A stretch of 64,000 bases of DNA from the human T2T-CHM13v2.0 reference genome, Homo sapiens. Shown here piece after piece: positions 50,001 to 64,000 of the stretch (position 1 is the stretch's first letter; each line of letters starts with the position of its first letter). The notes under the pieces were generated by a model. That model did no database searches and had not been told where the DNA came from. It saw only the letters and a program-made list of their open reading frames with translations. The position numbers and the translations under genes are program-made. The stretch is from the NCBI RefSeq assembly GCF_009914755.1, contig NC_060930.1; one strand, 5' to 3'.

Positions 50001-50843
50001 ATAGGACTTAAGGTAGCAATCAATCAACAAATATTTACTGCATTTACTCTCTTCTTATTGCCTAGGTAAATCATACATATTTAGAAATATTTATTTACAC
50101 ATATGTTAAAAGCACAATTCTTGCCTTAAGTCTGAGCCAGGAAAACAATGTTTTCTTATACTCACTCATTTAACATTCACATCCACTCTGTTACTACGTC
50201 ACTGTATTAGAAATGAAGTAGAGAACCCAGTGATATGGGGGACATGGTCCTTGCTGTCAATATGTTTATAATCTACTTGAGGAAACTGACATATTCTGTA
50301 AAGTGTTAACAGCTACTCATCACCTTGTATAATTGCAAAGGCAGCATAGACAATCTCAAGCAAGGGAAAGCTCACCTGGTCATGAGAGACCAGAGATAGA
50401 CCTGGTCCCAGGCTCAGAGCACATGTAGGACATGAATAGAGGAAGGACAAGAGGGAAAATTGTAACTTATAAAGAGAAAAACAAATGTTCCTTCTTATAT
50501 TTTTAAGACTTAAAACATACCACATTTTCCTTGAAAACCAACAGGCCAGGGACTTTTACCTTTGTGTCTATGGTTCTATCACTTAAATTCCTGTGCCCCT
50601 GTCTCAGCAGGACTGAAAGGAGACTTTAGAGAAGAGCTGACAGAAGAGATTCATTCTAGGATCTCTCCATTCTCACCACACCATGGACAAGGTATATGAC
50701 AGTAGCGGAGTACTATAATAGAGGACTTCATCCTTAATTCCTATATTATATGCTCAGCTGCAATCATGGGTACGGTTTGTCATTAATATAGATTTCCTTT
50801 CCAATCTTACCCATAGACATAAATGGCCAGAGAAGATATTATT

Positions 50844-51308
50844 TCTGGTAGGTTGAAAAATGGCCATTCCTCATATATCCTCATCCAAACCCTTGGAACC
50901 TGTGAATATCACCTCACATAGCAAAGGCAACTTGCAGATGTGATTAAGTAAGGGTTGTTGGAAAGGGGATATTATCCAGGATTATCCAAGTGGACCCTAA
51001 GTGTATTCACAGGGTTATTTATAAGAGAGAAAAAGATCAGGAAAACAATAGGAGACATGGAGCAAGAAGTTGGAGTGAAGTAGATGTTGGAATAATGACT
51101 TTGAAGATAAGAGGAAGGAGTCACAAGACAATGAACATAGGCAGCCACTAGAAGCTGAAAAGGGAAAGGAACCGGCCTTGACTCCACCTTCATTTTAGCC
51201 CAGTGAAACTGATTTTAGACTTCTGACCTCAAAAATTTTAAGATAATAAATTTGTATTGTTTTAATCCATGAAGTTTGTGGCAACAGCAGCAATAGGACA
51301 CTAGTGCA
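50844..51308 (+). mobile_element. MLT1D-like solo LTR
   Basis: ggaacctgtgaatatcacc; gcagatgtgattaagt; ttttagcccagtgaaactgattttagacttctgacctc; cagcagcaatagga. Confidence 0.85.
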
Positions 51309-51663
51309 TTATTTGAGGTACCTCTATAAAATAACCTCCATCTTTAGATATAAATCCTTTTAGGCTATGGATTGAGAAATTTGTTAAAATGAAAATACTC
51401 CTAAAAGGTATGATATATTTAACATTACAACATTGGTGTGGATTATTCTGTAAAACTATCCATAAATTCTAGAAGAAATAGGTCACTGGATAGGTAAGTT
51501 TGAAGGGAAGGACAGAGAAAGGGTAGGCCCAGTGCTTGAGATATATCTGGAATGAGCTGGTCAGAGTTCATGAGATTTGGTCAGTCAGGTTAGAAGAATT
51601 AAGATAGGCAAAAGGTAAAAGAAACCCAAAATGCACATGTTAATAATAATTCTGTAATTTTGC

Positions 51664-51954
<291 letters not shown>

Positions 51955-52064
51955 AACCTTGCTTTTATACTCTACACATAGAATTTTTACACATTCTCAA
52001 GCCAAGTACTCTAGTTTTAATTAGTACATAAAAATACTAAGAAGAAATAATAATTATGTAAACG

Positions 52065-52790
52065 AATGCAGCCACTATGGAGAACCGCATTGAGGTTCCT
52101 CAAAAAACACAAATAGAACTCCATATGAGCCAGCAATCCCACTACTGCGAAAAGGAAAGGAAATCAGGAAGAGACATCTGGACCTCCATATTTATTGCAG
52201 CACAATTCACGATAGCCAAGTTATGGAATCAATCGAGGTGCCTAACAATAGATGAATAGATAAACAAATGTGGCATATATACCATGGAATACTATTCAGC
52301 CATAAAAAAGAAGGAAATCATGTCATTTGTGGCAACATAAGTGGAACTGGAGGACATTATGTTAAGTGAAATAAGCCAGGAACAGAAATCTGAACACCGC
52401 AGGTTCTCACTCATATTTGGAAGATTAAAAAAGTGTTGATCTCATAAAAGTAAAACAGAGGATACTAGAGTCTTGGAAGGGGGAAGAAAGAAAGGGATAG
52501 AGAAAGATTTGTCAAAGGATATAAAATTATAGCCAGATAGGAGGAATAAGTTCCAGTGTTCTCAGCACTGTAGGAGGAGTACAGCTAACAATAATATATA
52601 GTTTCAAATAGCTAGAAGTAGGACAGTGAATCTTCCCAACACAAAGAATTGAGAAATCTCTGAGACGATGGTAATCACTAATTAACCTGATCTATTCACT
52701 ATACATTGTACATATCCAAACCTCACTATATACTCCATAAATATATACAATTGTTATGTGTCAATTTAAAAAAAGAAAAACAAAAACCAT
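52065..52790 (+). mobile_element. L1MA2/3-like 3' end
   Basis: gaactggaggacattatgttaagtgaaataagccagg; agataggaggaataagttc; A-tail near 52767-52787. Confidence 0.88.
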
Positions 52791-53880
52791 GAATGTATAT
52801 TGAGCTCTAAATAATAAAATGTGAGCTGAAATGTTTAGAAGTGACCTGTAGCAATGTCTGTAACTTACTTTAAAATCGATAAAACAATAAGCTGGACTGA
52901 TAAATAGATAGAGGGATGGGTGAATGGATAGGTGTGAAATAAAGCTAATACAGAAAAATGTTAAAAAAGAAAAATATATCTAGTTGAGCAATCAAGGATT
53001 ATGGATTCCAAATACAATCGTTCAAGTTAAAATGTCTACATTATAACCATATAAACTCTCTCCTTGTACAGAATCATGACTTTATTTCTAAATTCCAAAC
53101 ATGATGCTTTCTATTTCAGGGACGACCTCTGCTAGGTGAGAAATGATATAGCTCTTTTGGAAAGTGAATGCACTGTTTGGTCCAACACTTGTTTTACATT
53201 TTTGGACCTTAATTGTAGAAATGCATCTAAACTGGGTTATGTCTTTTAACCAGATATTTGTTTATGAAATATCAGTCGTGTTCTTTCAGCACATCACTAA
53301 GTATCCAAAAAGCAAAACTCAGGTTCTTATATACTGACTACTTACAACCATATCACAAAGAATGTTTTTGTTTTTGTTTTTTGGTGACATAGCAAATATA
53401 TTTATATGAAGATTCTTACCTAATCACATGGGAACTACATTTGATATTTCCTAGTTTATAAAAGGAACAAAGAATAGAACAGTAGTTACAAAGCAATTTT
53501 AATTATTTTTTAGAAGTAGATTATGCAGGTATAGAAGTCTGATGCTAGAAGAGAAAGAAAAAAAAACACTTATTTTCTTATGCAGTGAAATATAATTCTA
53601 AAGCCAGTATTCAAAGCTCTTTAAAAGTTGATAAAAAAAAAAAAACTTAACCACAAGTCAAGAAAAAGGGAGAATAAGAATACCATTTCTGAAATAACAA
53701 TAGTAATGTTTGAGTCCTGCCTCCCATCTTTTGGAGGTCTGAATTGTGTCTGCCAAGTTTGGACAAATCAAGGAGAGTCCTTTCAGGCACAGCTAAAACT
53801 TCATTTAACTTAAGACCATTTTACAAAAATATATAGTCTGTGATATTAATAATGTATTAATATGTAAGGAATTACTATTT

Positions 53881-53995
53881 TAGTGTGACTCACCCTCATT
53901 TACGTGGGACTTTTTGGAGCTTTTTAGTTTACCAAGGAAAGTCCCATGTCCTCAGAAAACCCCCAGTCTCAGGCAAATCAAGACAGGTAGTCCAA
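53881..53995 (+). mobile_element. MER81-like MITE (decayed)
   Basis: tagtgtgac...gaaagtcccatgtcctcagaaaacccccagtctcaggcaaa. Confidence 0.6.
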
Positions 53996-55349
53996 ATATA
54001 AATATATTTCTCCTGATAAAATATCATTTCGAAAATGATTTTACCCGCTTAAAATGAGCAAATTAAAAAATAGACTAGAAAAATTATCTCCTTGTTAAAC
54101 AAAGGCAGTATTTATGATTTTTATTTAAATGAGGTAGAATATAGATAGAGTATATATTTTAAGTCATAGTGGTATTGTAAATGTCAATTTAATTATTGGC
54201 TAAAATTTTAATTTATTTTTATTGCAATGTGAAATTAAAATGTACTTTTTTCTTTTTAAGTTAATCATATTTTTAAAGCTCCAAATTAAGATTTTCTCTA
54301 TGCACAGACACCACTTATCAAAACCCCAGACAAGTCAGCAATTGTGCATATATTCACACCCAGAATAAAGCATTTATATTTCTAATGCTATTTCAAGGCC
54401 TGTATCAGATTTAAGATCTTTATTATCTCTGAGACAGGACAGCATGCAGACAAATGTCCTAATGGTCTAAGCTTTCAAAGAATGTTGGCATTTATTCTAT
54501 GGATCTGCATCTCTGCACAGCGACCAGACAGGACTGCGCATGACACAGCTAAATACAATTCCATCTTCCCAGTCCCTTCTCTTTCCCCTTTGCCCCCAAA
54601 TCCTCCTTCTTCTCTTTTCTGCTCCCTCATTCGAATGTTCATTTTGAAGATATGCTTTTCGCCAGGATTAAAACAGGGTTTGCATTTAAAATTTTCATTT
54701 ACCAAACAGAAAAATATTTTACTAGAAGGGAATGGTATTAAGGGGAAATGATTTTCCGTGTGCCCCGAGGCCCAGCATAGACAGGATTTGATTTGCTATG
54801 TTCGGCTGGAATCTGGATTGATACGCAGAGATGAGAGGGGGTGTTTAATAAAATTTACATTTCATTTTCTCACTTGACACCAGTCTCCTGTCACTCATGG
54901 AACTGATGGGAATGCTGCAAATAACTTTTGTCAGAATCTAGTTGGGGAAACAGACTGAGGAATGAGAAGACAGAAAGGGGGAAAGGGAAGAGAGAACAGT
55001 TTAGCTTGTTTTTGTCTTGTGGCTTCAGTGATGGAAGTAGACCCACTGAATCTGGGGGACATGACAGTTGGTCACCTCCACACTGGAAGGACCAGGTGCA
55101 CCAGTGAGAAACCTGGGAAAGGCACATAGGAGTGGACATGATCCAGCTATGCACAAGGGCAGTCGTGCTTGGAGGGGAATCTATGGATTGAAGGAGGGGT
55201 TTAAGCTTATGGACGACTAGAATTTGTTTGTGTCAGCTGAAAAAGAGATCAGAAGACATACAAGCAAAGGCAAGAGGAGAGGATTAAACTCTTCTTTTTT
55301 CAGTGAAACCATAGTGTCTGCAATTTTACACTTCATTCTAAACTAGAAA

Positions 55350-55951
55350 TGTCTGTTTTCCACTTCTGTGTCACAAATTACCACAAACATAGTGGCTTAA
55401 AACAACACCCATTTATTAGATCTCAGTCCTGTAGGTCAGAAGACTGGGCAGGCTCACCTGGATTTTGTTCTTAGGGTCTCATAAGGCTGTTATCTAGATG
55501 TTAGTTGGTCTGGGCTTTTATTGGGAGTCTCAGGAAGAATCAGCTTCCGTGCTTATAAAGGTGGTTGGCATAATTCATTTCCTAGTGGAGATAGGACCAT
55601 AGTTCCCTTTCCACACTGGCTGTCTTCTGTGGGCCACTCTTAGTTCTGAGAGGCCACCTGCATCTCTTGCCAAGTGGCCTGTTCCATCTTCAAAGGAGCA
55701 AGGACACATGAAATCATTCCCAAGTTTGACATATCTCTGACTTCCTCTTCTGCCATCAGCCAGTAAACAAAAACTCTCTTCTTTTAAGACATTCCTGAGA
55801 TGAGGTAAGGCCCACCAAAATAATTTTCCCACCTTAAGGTCAACTAATTAGTAAGCCTAATTTCATCTGCAGTATCCCTTTGCTATTTAATCATGGGTGG
55901 GACATCAGGTGGCTGAGATCATGGGATCACCTTAAAATTCTGCGTGTCACA
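55350..55951 (-). mobile_element. MLT1E-like solo LTR
   Basis: acaaattaccacaaacatagtggcttaaaacaacaccc...ttaaaattctgcgtgtcaca. Confidence 0.8.
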
Positions 55952-56497
55952 TTGTCCTTCCTATGTGTGATCCATGAGTGCCAGCCCAGGGGAGGTAGAA
56001 GGGCATGTTGCTGTGGCCAGCATAGCTGGTGACTTCTGAGAAGCCCGAGAACCAGAAGGCTAGAAAGCGAGGCATTTAATGGGGTCCCCCTAACGGCGGA
56101 ATCTGTGAACCAAAAAGGGATGTATGGTCACTATGAGTTCCAGATAGAATCCCATTTGGGGCCTGTTTTTTTTGTTGTTGTTGAACCTTAGAAATAATAA
56201 GGATTATTTGTCAAAGGGAACTAAGATATTATTAAGCAAGGAAGGGCCTATAGAATCAGAAGATATTTGAGTTACATATTTGTAAATGTCTTAATCCGTG
56301 TCTTTCATAACAACAAAATGAGACTCAAAAGTTAAAATTACTTTCTATTGATAAGAAAGTTAGTTATAATTACTTTCTATTGATGCCAACAATGGTGTGA
56401 CATGTTTCCACATTCTAATTCAAAGTGTTTTTTCCTTCACTTGACTTGGTATAATAAACAAAGGAGGAATCTAACAAAAAAAAAAAGAAAAAAAAAA

Positions 56498-56829
<332 letters not shown>

Positions 56830-58273
56830 CTAAAAGGAGTGGGCATGGTGTGTAAGTGGGCACATCCCCTTGACTTCATGGATTCCCTGTCTGTGTGAGA
56901 AATGTAGCTAGGGGTGGGGTGACGTCAAAGTGGAGCCCTCTAGAGCACAGAATTTAGGACAGAAACTTCTATTCACTAGGTCTAAAGGTACAGTATCAGC
57001 TGGGGTGTTGTATATGTCTGATGCAAGTTTCATTTGGCATATCAAGAAAAGAGGAAATTTAGAGACCATTTACTCCGTGATCTCCCAGTGTATAAATTAG
57101 ACTAGGGAAGAAACATTTAACCATGCCTTAAAAATATCAACAGAGTAGGATGCTGAAATATTCATAATACTTGCACTTCTTTCCAAGTAAGTAGAATTCT
57201 TTCCTAATACCTAATCTCTTCAGTTACAGTGGATATTCTTCCGTCTGGCCCAATCTGAATTGAAACCACACCTACCATCTTTTTAATATAATTTCACATG
57301 TTTAAAATGGTTATTAATTATTCATTCAGCCGTTTATTTCCTGTACTCTATAGCAATTCATCACTGATGAATCCATGATCTGGGAATCAGTAACTCTTCT
57401 AGTCACACTTATATATTTCCTCCTATCTGAAAGGTTCTCTTCCCTATCTACTTATACCGTATCTATTATTTTAAGTCATACTTAAGTTTTCCTTCCCTAT
57501 GAATACTTCTTTTCTTATTACAAATATTATTTCCCTCTTTTTGCAATTATTATTGCCTAGTATACAAGGAGGATAGGCAATAGAATCACTTGGAGAGAAC
57601 TGAATCTGTAGAAAGAAGTGCCCAAATGTTTAAATAACAGAAAAAAGATAGTATCATTTTCTAATTATTCCTACACAGAAACAACTCACACTGGTTTCTG
57701 ACACCTTTTCTAAAACACTAAAGTTAGAAAATACTCGAATGATGTTTTCAGAATTTTACAGAGTAAAGGTTCCATGTATGAAGCCATTTTTATGACAAAG
57801 GGGCTAAGGAATAATATATCCCATGTAACTTACTTGAAAAAAATTACTAGAAGATTTATTTCAACATATTAAGATATAACTGTGATTAATGGGTCATAAA
57901 TTGGTAAGCCATGATAATAAAAGATTATCTAGTAACACAGGAGTAAATTCAACATAAAGATACATCCAAATAGTTGTTAAACATTTGGTTATAAAACAAA
58001 ATGCAAACACTAAAATCGTTTTTAAAAGAAAAAATACAAATATTAAAAGAATAACTTGAAATGGCTGTTAATATAATTTGTGGTTGATATTACCAATCTC
58101 ACTATCCAATAAAAAAAATTGGATGGGTAGACTGCATTGAGGCAGGAGTGTAAAATTATATTAAATTTAATGCATTAAAAAAATAAGATACCATTTCAAG
58201 CTCGCGAACCTTTAAAATATACACTTTCAAGAACATAGTGGAAAGCATATGCAATATTGATGATACGAAAAAA

Positions 58274-58485
58274 TGTCTCAGTCATTTTGGGCCACTGTAA
58301 CAATCTACCATAGACTGAGTGGCTTAAATAACAGACATTTATTTCTCACAGCTCTCGAGCCTGGAAAGCCCAAGATCGAGGTGCCAGCAGATTTGGTTGC
58401 TGGTGAGGGCCCTCTTCCTTGTTCACAAACAGCCAGCTTCTCACTGTGTCCTCATATGGCAGAGAGAGAAAGAAAGAGAGAGATG
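58274..58485 (-). mobile_element. MLT1A-like LTR, partial
   Basis: taccatagactgagtggctta...ccaagatcgaggtgccagcagatttgg. Confidence 0.8.
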
Positions 58486-59103
58486 AAGGAGACAGATGAT
58501 GCATTGAAGTAGTTGGTAGAGTGAATGAAAACCAAGGAAGTAATAAAATGTGTGAACAAAAGTCTTTCAAACAAATTTGCTGGAGTGGAGGTAGAAAAAT
58601 TGTAAAGAGATTCGAAGAAGCCTATTGAATCAAGGAATGTTTTCTTTTTCTTTCTTCCTTTCTTTTTTTTTTTTTTTTTTTTTTTCAATAGTGGGAGCTT
58701 TTTAACCATGTTGGATACTCACAGGAGTAAACCAGTAGATTGGGAGAGATTAATGATCCTGGAAGGAGAGGATAATCGAAGCAGTGACATCCTTGAAAAT
58801 ACAATAAAAATATATGGGTGGGAGAAACTCTTGATATTTGGTATTATTAGACGTATAGCCCAAATTTATAGCACTTCTAGAGTTCTCCAAACTACAGATA
58901 AGCAGCTAGGATTATTTATTCATGCAACAATTTTTAAAAATTTTGGAGAATCTTATTTCTCAGGCCACATTCACTGTTTGCAAATTAAAGCCCACAGCCT
59001 CTTGACTTCAGCTTCTATTACAGGAGCCTGAATCTCTGGAACCTCCCTGATAAGTATACAGTGATAGCTGCTACCAAGAGTCAGACCTTTGTGTTCAGGG
59101 TTA

Positions 59104-59437
59104 TACACACACGAATTGTTTAATGACAGGGATACACTCTGAGAAATACACCATTAGGTGATTTCATCATTGTGCAAACATCATAGAGCATACTTAAACA
59201 AACCTAAATGGTGTAGCCTACTATACACCGAGGCTACATGATATAGCCTGTTGCTCCTAGTCTACAAACTTGTACAGCAAGTTACTGAACCAAATTCAAT
59301 TGTAACACGATGGTATGTATTCATATATCTAAACACATCTAATCATAGAAAATGTACAGGAAAAATATGGTATAATCTTATGTGACCACCATTGTATTGT
59401 GGTCCATTTTTAACCAAAATGTTATGCAGCACTGAAT
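59104..59437. mobile_element. Tigger3a/MER7-like DNA transposon relic
   Basis: gggatacactctgagaaat...ttaggtgatttcatcattgtgcaaacatcatagag. Confidence 0.85.
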
Positions 59438-61429
59438 ATCAGTATCACATAGTATAGGCTTAGAATAAGCTCTCATGGAGCTGGACTGGAAGAAATACAC
59501 AAGGTGGCACTAACATGGGGGAGGGAGGCATACTATTGGGTGGGCATGTCTCAGTGATGTGGGTATTATGTTGACTTGGGGTACACATCTGCTTCCACAG
59601 GGTCTCCTCTATAAGACTGCGATGAGAAGGAGACTGTTTTATATCTGGATTTTAGGAGTGATACTGAGGCCATAACTATATATGATTTTTCCTTATAGGC
59701 CCTTCACCCAAATGGAACCCTTGGTGACATGCCTTGTATAATAACCCAGGGACACTGTGGTAGTAAAGCAGACCCAGTCACAATCTAACCACTATTGTCC
59801 ATAGCACCTTCTCTTCCTCACCTATAGACTTCCCTTACTTTTCCTTTTATTCCTCCCTGGCCTCTTTTCTCAGTCCATTCATCTTCCACTCAGACTCTTT
59901 TTCTTCTCCTTTGCATCTATTTTAGTTTTTCAAGGACTAACAGCATTTTCTATAAGCATTTCTGCAAAGATTAAGAGCATTTCCTGTAAGCATGTCCCAT
60001 CCCTGGCTGAGATCTAAAGAGACTGCCAATCTCTGGTCAATCATAACTTGGAGAAAATATTTTAAAATTTATTTTAATAGTAAATGTATTTATAAAAGTA
60101 TTGAAATACAAAAGGATATAAGATTTGAAGTGCAAATCAACCCATATTTTCTACTCCATTCCCTGGAGGTACCTATTACAAAATTATCTTGACTATCTTT
60201 TCATAATTGTTCTATGTATAAGCAAACTATAGTAAAAGCATACTATACAGATGGTTTTGAGATTTGCTTTTTTTTTTACTATAACAGCATAACTTGAATA
60301 ATTTTCTACATGAGTCATTCTACTAAATGACATACCATTAACTTGAGGAAATGTTAGAAGGAAAAAATATAGTCCAAACAATTTTTGTAATTTGCCTTGG
60401 ACCCTAACAAAGTTATGGCAACTGACTTTTTTATTTATAAAATGGAGAGAAGAGTAGGTATTTCCTTCACCTTGTTATAGCTACTAATTTTGAAATAAAA
60501 TGTAAAGTGATAATAAATAAGATTATCTTGGGACTGATAAGAGATAATGTATGGACAATTAATTATTTGAATCCCTTAAAATCTAGAAAGTCCTAAAAAT
60601 GCATTAAATAAATGTTCTAAATTGTTCCGAGCAAAGAAATCACCAAATAAAAAGAACAAATGCTAGAAGAATATTTGTAAACATTCAAATCTCTGTATTC
60701 TGCCACTTAATCCACATTTAAGTTTACAGAAATGTTTTATTTCTTTTTGAAAATTACCTTGTAGAAATGTGACTTTTCTATCAAATATATCTGTAATTAG
60801 TCAAAGTGCTATAGTGTATGTTGAAATCAACAGTTCTATACTCAATAGTATTTAATTCCTTGTGCTTATAGTTTTTTCAAAATTGGCATAGACTATAAGT
60901 TCTGAAAGCAAAATATGGAATGCATGAATTTTAAATGACAGAATTAATTAAAATTCTTTACTGTTATTGACACGTACAATTTTATAGAAGCTTGGTTGAA
61001 TAATATTTGCATATGATTTACATTTGATTTCCTCATACTCATTTTTGCATATAGTTTGCATGCATTTCAATGTATAGTAATTTCATATATTTGGAGTAAG
61101 ACTGATAGATGGAAGGGAGTCATTCAACTAAATTGTTGAAAGGGGAAGGCCCTGAGAGAGCTCAACTGTTCTTGGTCCTTGGTGGCCTCACTGGGCAGTA
61201 ACAAGGGCAAGTCTATTGAAGGGCAAGTTCACCTTGATCAGATAAGCTGAGTCTCGCACTCTGGAAGAGACTTGAAGTTCTGTTGGTCAGGTACTTTCCC
61301 TGAACACAGTCCCTGCCCCCCAAAAAATGTCCCCCTCCCCAAACAAAAAGCATGGAGAAATGGTCAAAACAACCGTGGCTCCATATATACTTCTTTCTCA
61401 ATTTTGAAATCTATAAATATTTATAGACG

Positions 61430-61590
61430 TTCTTTATTTGACAAATAAAAATTGTATATATTTATCATGTACAACTCGATAGTTTGAAATATGTATACAT
61501 TGTGGAATGGATCAGTTGAACTAATTAACATATGTATCACCTCACACACTAGCATTTTTTGTGGTGAGAACACTTAAAATGTACTTTCAA
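61430..61590 (-). mobile_element. L1MA-type extreme 3' end fragment
   Basis: tgacaaataaaaattgtatatattta...ttttgtggtgagaacacttaaaat. Confidence 0.8.
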
Positions 61591-62239
61591 ACACTTTTGA
61601 ACTCTCTAGAATTTTAGCTTGTCCAATCTCTTGAGAGAAATGAGTCCATCAATACAGAAAATCAGCAATGGGAGGCAAGAAGAGATTCTTTGAACTAACA
61701 CAGGAAAAAAGCACATCTCAATATTTATTTAGATAAAGGGTGTAGATTGTCACTGCTGGGAAATATTTGCTGGGTTACCCATGTTAACGATCTGAATAAA
61801 TTTAGAGTTGGCCTACAGTGGTGCTCAAATTGGCTCATCTCCAGACATGAATGAACATAGAGCTGCTCTCTTTGCTTTTGGTGTTTCCCCAATTCTCTCA
61901 TTTTTTTTTTTTTTTAGGAGAAAGAGGAGTAGCTTAACTATGGGTTGAGGAATTTTAGCTAGATGCCAAAATTCCATGCCACATGCTAGAGCCTGGCAAG
62001 TTACTGAAGATGTTTATAGCTGCTATTTAGGCCCAAAGAGTCAATTCTGGCCTCAGGGATCACAGGCTTTTCTGGGATGGAATTAGTAAGATAATTATGG
62101 TTATTCCTACGCAGAGGGATAGGATAAAACATGCCTCCCAGAAAGACTGGTCTTGTGACACATAGAGGATAAATAAGAAGATAATAAAAATTGGAAGAAG
62201 GGTAAAGAAGGGGCAGAAATAACAGAGCTGGCAGCTAAC

Positions 62240-62440
62240 TCTTTGTGAAGGGCGAAATAGAATGAAGAGTCATGACTGACTTCTAGATTTCTGGTCTGAG
62301 TGCAGTGATGTCATTCATTGAGTTGGAAAAAAACACAAGGAGAAGTAGGTTTTTGGGCTGTGTTAACTTCATAGTAACTATAGGATAACCTACTGGATAT
62401 TCTCACTAGGCAGCTAAATGCATGGTATAGAGCTCAGGAA
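62240..62440 (-). mobile_element. L2 fragment
   Basis: gatgtcattcattgag...aaggagaagtaggttttt...aggcagctaaat. Confidence 0.5.
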
Positions 62441-64000
62441 AAATACCTGTGGAAAAAAAACTTAAAAAGTGGTGAAAGAATCCGAGGAAATGAAAGAAAG
62501 CATGTGCAGGTAAACTGAGGCAGGGCAAGGACTAAGACTGCTACCATTTTATAAACCTCAAAAGCCTTCACTTCTGAAATGTTTTTTTCCAAAAAGCTTA
62601 CGGCTCTTTGAGGATCCAATGAGTATACTAAAGTAGAGATTGCAAAGGCAAATGACTTCAAGACCGAGAATCTACAAAAAAAGATAAATAACTGGTTATA
62701 ACAGGGACTAATTAAACTAGGGAAGGCATGTTCTGCCTAAGTCATTCGAGTTTTTTTTTGTTTTTCGTTTTTAATTCTGTTGGTGCCCAAGCAAAATACA
62801 TCATCTACAAAGAGGACTTACTCAGCATGGCAGCCAGCTTGTGCCTCCAGAGTAAACGTCTATAAACCAACTTCTTGCAAATCATTCCCTGAACACAGAT
62901 AGCCTGGATTGAAATCTCCTGGAGAGCACTGACCTTAACATCTACTTATATTTTCTTCCAAATCCAACACAGTGACCACAGAGAAGGCTACCTACCTCCT
63001 TTTAGGGACAGCCTGAAGATCTGCAATACTCACCAGATGCCTAAAGAAGAGGTTAAAACATTTCTGCCAATTCTTAGTAGGGTGAGACACACCTGCCCCT
63101 TGATGCCCTGCAGACATAACAGCTGTCTGCCAGTACTTCTCATAGAACTAATTCAGGGCATCATTATTTAGAATTCAGCAATGAAAGAGTGTGTTTCCTT
63201 TCTCTCTTCCAATGCAACTACACAACAACCCCTTAACATTGTAGAGATTGGAAAATCCTGGTTTTCAGGATTTTCAGGAAAATCTGAGAGCAATCTCTTT
63301 TTGGAAGCTCTCCACATTCCTGCGATCTTTTCTTTACATGCTTGGAGCATAAGGCCTTCTGGATCCAGAGCCAAGGACACAGTCAGGCTGTTTAAAGTAT
63401 TCTTCAGTTTGAAAAGAAATGGGCCCCGTACAAATGTGTGAATTTGGTGAAATTGCCTTTAACAACCTTACCAAATGTATCAATACCAGGTGAGCCTTTG
63501 TTCTGATCTCCATTTAAACCCCCTGCACAGCCTAGAGCAGTTGCATATGACATAATCTCTCCTCTCCTTAGTATCACAGCTTTATGCATCATCTTCTCCA
63601 AAAAGCAGCTTTTTGATAAAGGACTTGGCCACTTGGCTTTCTCTGATCTCCCAATGTAGTTCTTTTCCAGTTGTAAATGTGACCCAGCTACTAACAGAGA
63701 GAATCACTGAAAAATAGAACAGTGGTCATACAAAATTTCCTTTCCCAAATTTGGCATTTTTACATCTTTGTCCTTAACTAAACTCTCAGCAAAGCCCATG
63801 AGAATATCAATTTTCATGTGTAAATCCTCATGAAGTGCAAATTTGATACGCTCACACTACTGTAGGTTCTCAATAATGATTGAATTTAAACCATGAAATA
63901 AAATCCACTTGTAAAAAGCCAGGAAGTTGCCTTGTGGTTGGAAGGTAAGCTCTGACAGATCAGGGAGCAGGGTGTTGAACTGTCCCTTCAAATGCTACTA

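Noticed and set aside
54017-54042. Short imperfect palindrome around ttcgaa
   Set aside because: Short and AT-rich; expected by chance
58708-59031. 107-aa plus-strand ORF
   Set aside because: Starts in decayed L2-like sequence; no homology recognised

Overview
AT-rich, CpG-depleted, non-coding primate (human-like) genomic DNA. About half is recognisable interspersed repeat: Alu/FLAM/FRAM, MIR, L2, HAL1, several L1 generations, MaLR (MLT1, MST, THE1), ERVL (LTR16 plus HERV16-type internal), ERV9 LTR12, and DNA-transposon relics (MER5, MER20, MER81, MADE1, Tigger3). I cannot support any protein-coding gene, RNA gene or CRISPR array; the supplied ORFs are Alu, L1 or LTR read-throughs or low-complexity chance frames. 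I found no convincing new biological system. The most unusual structures are: (1) a perfect 49-bp-arm hairpin with a multi-step template-switch signature (5594-5713); (2) an 80-bp locally templated insertion fused to a pure (AT)27 tract (3238-3317, donor 6427-6506); (3) a THE1 LTR and an LTR12 integrated head-to-head at the same nucleotide of an L1PB with nested TSDs (43189-44802); (4) a few candidate minus-strand exons and CpG-retaining unique islands. Repeat subfamily names come from recalled consensus motifs, not a RepeatMasker run, and boundaries without a TSD are approximate.
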